DNA of 64,000 nt from Rhizophagus irregularis (taxonomy: Eukaryota), in contig NC_089433.1 of NCBI RefSeq assembly GCF_026210795.1, forward strand, positions 3,782,001 through 3,846,000, read 5' to 3'. A program made the position numbers and the translations under genes. The notes beneath the pieces were generated by a model, which was not told the origin of the DNA, did not search any database, and saw only the letters and a list, made by a program, of their open reading frames with translations. This document shows, one piece after another, positions 60,964 through 64,000 of this stretch. Numbering within the stretch: the stretch's first letter is position 1; every line of letters begins with the position of its first letter.

Positions 60964-63045
60964 TCATTTCTTTATAATCTGAAATACATCATAATATTCT
61001 GAGAAGCATTACTTGATTTATTTTAAGAATATGATAAAAATGTATTGTTAAAGAAAAATTTTGTTTTGCCTAATATATAACATATAGGCGAATTAAAATT
61101 GTTATTAATATTTTTCAGTTATGACAATAAAATTTGATAATCACACTAAATCTATTTTTTTAGGCTAAGCCTGTCTGTAAATATGTAGCCTCAGTAAGGT
61201 AACATTAATGGGTTGCTACCTAATTAAACTGCATTTTAAAGATCTTAAATTCATATATCAGTTTTACGATCATGTAATAACTATTCTTAAAGAATTTGTT
61301 AAGTTATAGCTTTTCATTTATGGCACTAAAAGCACTAAAGTATCTGTGCAAGTAAATTTGTATTAACCCTTCATAGAAAAAAAATAAAACTAGTATTAAA
61401 ATTGAATCATGAAATTTATCATTTTTCTTAAAAGAAAATATAAACTTTAAGTTTGATCCCAACCATCAGAAGATTTCATATTTAAAGATTATGCCCACCT
61501 AATATTTTGACAATTCCATCCATTTACTTTAATAAATGTAACAGTATTGGGTTTTATCATCATGTAATTCATGAAATCTTAATAATAATTCGAATTTGAT
61601 ATATATATATATATATATGGTAAATATAATTCTCTCGAATATGAAAATTTACTATTAAATCCACTTTATCAATCCTATCTCGAAATAATCGAAATAATAT
61701 TTAAATTAACAATTTTTTTATCAATGATTCTATCAATTTTCAAATTTCTAGGGAGCATAATATTATTATCATTTGGTTTAACATCAGGATCCATATACGA
61801 GTTCAACAAATTTTCATAAAGTTGTTGCTTAAAAAGTTTTTCATATGGACGAACTTTGTGTAAAAATTCTATGAACTATAAAATCTAATTAAAGGTAAAC
61901 AATTTTGTAAAGTATTTTCTATCATTCTAAAATCATCATCGTCCAAGTATCAGGATTTGGAATGAGAGTTTGATCTTTTGTTCAAGACCCTATTTTAGCA
62001 CATGCCCCAAATTCAATTTCCTTCTTTTGAAAATCATCTCTTTTTATATAAAGTGAAATTAAAAATTTTTCAGAAGACGCAGTAAAATCAAGTGATTTAA
62101 ATATTTTTCAGGTGATTTGGCCACAAAATCTATATAAAATTGTTGAATTTATGACAAATTATTATATTAAAAGCTATTCGATGTACAAGTTCAAAATGTC
62201 GCTCCATTCACTCAATTTTGTTTCAATAAAATAGTTTTATAAATAATCAACTAATTCTTGAAGAAGAAGCTCATCAGCAGCAATTAAAATTTTAAAAATA
62301 TCTAACGTGTCCTCGTTCAACAAAAAAGATGCCACCATATAGATACCTATATTGAATATAAGATTATTATAAATATTATACTGTAATTTAAATTTATTAC
62401 ATATATTACTTTTTAATACTTTATAATAATTTGGAAGATTTTCGATGAGTTAAGACGTTATTATTTTTTTAGAAGCCAAAGATCGTCGTAAAAAAGGAGA
62501 ACGAGCACTATAAGGGCTGAATTTACCTGAAACTATTAATTATGGGCGCAGTACTACATTTAGTTTAAATGTATAAAAATTTTAAGTGTTTTAAATTTAC
62601 TGCGTCCGCAATGACGTTCGCATTTATTATTAATAGAGACTGTCCGAAATGACCAGTTTGTTTAGGGGATTGCGCCTGTAGTGACGTTAAAATAACTTTT
62701 AGTTCTTTAATGAAAAGCGGTTTTTATATGAAGTTGTTAAATTTAGGAAATCAATATTTTAATTGATTATTTTTAATTTTTATTAGTTTCCTATAAATAT
62801 ATTGTGTGAAATTTGGCACAATGTTAGATTTGAAATGATTTTCTTCTTGAAATTTTCGTTATATTAATCATTTAATTAATGAACTTGGGATTTGTTATAA
62901 TTTTCATCAAATATAGTAATAAATTTATTTTCGTAGCTTGGTGTGGTAAACGTGTTAAGTTCTACAGCACGAAATATTTTTACGTTCGGGTAAACATCAT
63001 AATATTCATCATCTTCCAATATTTTGAAAAAAATTGAACAGACAT
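60964..63045 (-). pseudogene. Decayed BTB-BACK-TLDc gene L with insertions and many frameshifts
   Basis: MSVQFF..LEDDEYYDV..NVKIFRA, an about 455-bp interruption (about 62510-62965), RSPFLRRSLAS, acceptor plus YLYGGIF, AADELLLQELVDYL, KVRPYEKL, MDPD, a (TA)n expansion at about 61599-61618, TVTFIKV and YDVFQIIKK*. Confidence 0.85.
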
Positions 63046-64000
63046 TTTTTAAATTGCGAAAATCCAAAATTCACGTGATATTGATATAAATTTTATATTT
63101 AAATTATTACGATCTCGTATAAATTGATAGATATGTTTATAAAATTCTGAGTTAAAAAAAAATATAATTTATTTATTTATAAGTATTTTTTTTTTTAACT
63201 CTTTAACAGTCGCCAATAAGTTAGAGGAATTCTTAATATTTAAAAGCAGCATTTGAATTTTAGATTGATTTAATATTTGTAATATAATAGTTAAACGTTC
63301 CTGTCATTTGTAACATAATAATAAATTGCAAACTATCACTACTAGAACTATGAATCCTTCACAAAATATATTGCCCAAGTTTAGGAGCACTTAAAATGTT
63401 GATTTAGATTGATTAATAAATATATAAAAGAAATCCAAAAAAAATCTTCAATTAGCAAAAATTAAAATTATAAAAGTAATATGAGCTAGCTTTAATTTAC
63501 GAAATATTTTCATTTACAGCATATTGCAAATACAGAAATACAATACTAAAAACCCTTTAACAAACAATAGTGACAGCTCATTCCAATCGATATACCTCAC
63601 TGAGTCAAATTTACCGTCTTTATATATAAAAGAAATAACACAATATACTCATTCATATGATTCGAACCATTGAGTGCATGACTGCATGGAAGAAAATTAT
63701 GACATTATTTACTCTTGAAAGACAAATGTATGTTATTCTCTATCATTTAGCTAATATATTTAGTGGCCCAAACCAGTATAGATATTTTTTCATTTTATGT
63801 GTTCTAAAATTTTGAGTTACTTCACCTGTGGTCAGTGATGATTACTGCAGCCCAAATTTTTATTTAAAAGTATTCTATTTATTTAATATAAGTGTAGGTA
63901 GAATTCAAAAGCAATAAAAATTTGAAAATATTTATTCACCATTATTGCTTCAAATGAACAAAATTAAATCTCACTGCCAAGATTGTAATGTAAGGATAAA

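Noticed and set aside
62504..62970. agcac as a 5-bp TSD around the insertion in gene L
   Set aside because: Intact paralogs naturally contain agcac twice here (tagcacaaaatattcttatgagcac), so it is not evidence of a TSD.

Overview
AT-rich, intron-containing eukaryotic DNA. The gene families (BTB-BACK-TLDc, intronless F-box/LRR-like, HRDL(H/Y)SGNIL tyrosine-kinase-like, RNase-H-bearing LINE relics) point to an arbuscular mycorrhizal fungus (Glomeromycota, Rhizophagus-like); this is inferred, not searched. The window is dominated by a tandem array of two-exon BTB/POZ-BACK-TLDc genes: nine with open spliced frames (called A-I here), one with two in-frame stops (J), a decayed ricin-B/CBM13-BTB-BACK-TLDc gene (K), a decayed copy (L) and about five relic fragments. 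Full-length copies share one phase-2 intron just before YIYGG, which is why the ORF track splits each gene in two. Between them lie an intronless Ptc2/Ptc3-like PP2C phosphatase, an F-box/LRR-like gene, a duplicated coiled-coil gene linked to a degenerate poly-T repeat block, a truncated kinase, two short retro-insertions with clear target-site duplications, several MITE-like elements and LINE/hAT relics. The array shows birth-and-death evolution, mosaic paralogs, three hypervariable TLDc patches and a variable-number linker repeat. Coordinates were counted by eye; relic boundaries are approximate.
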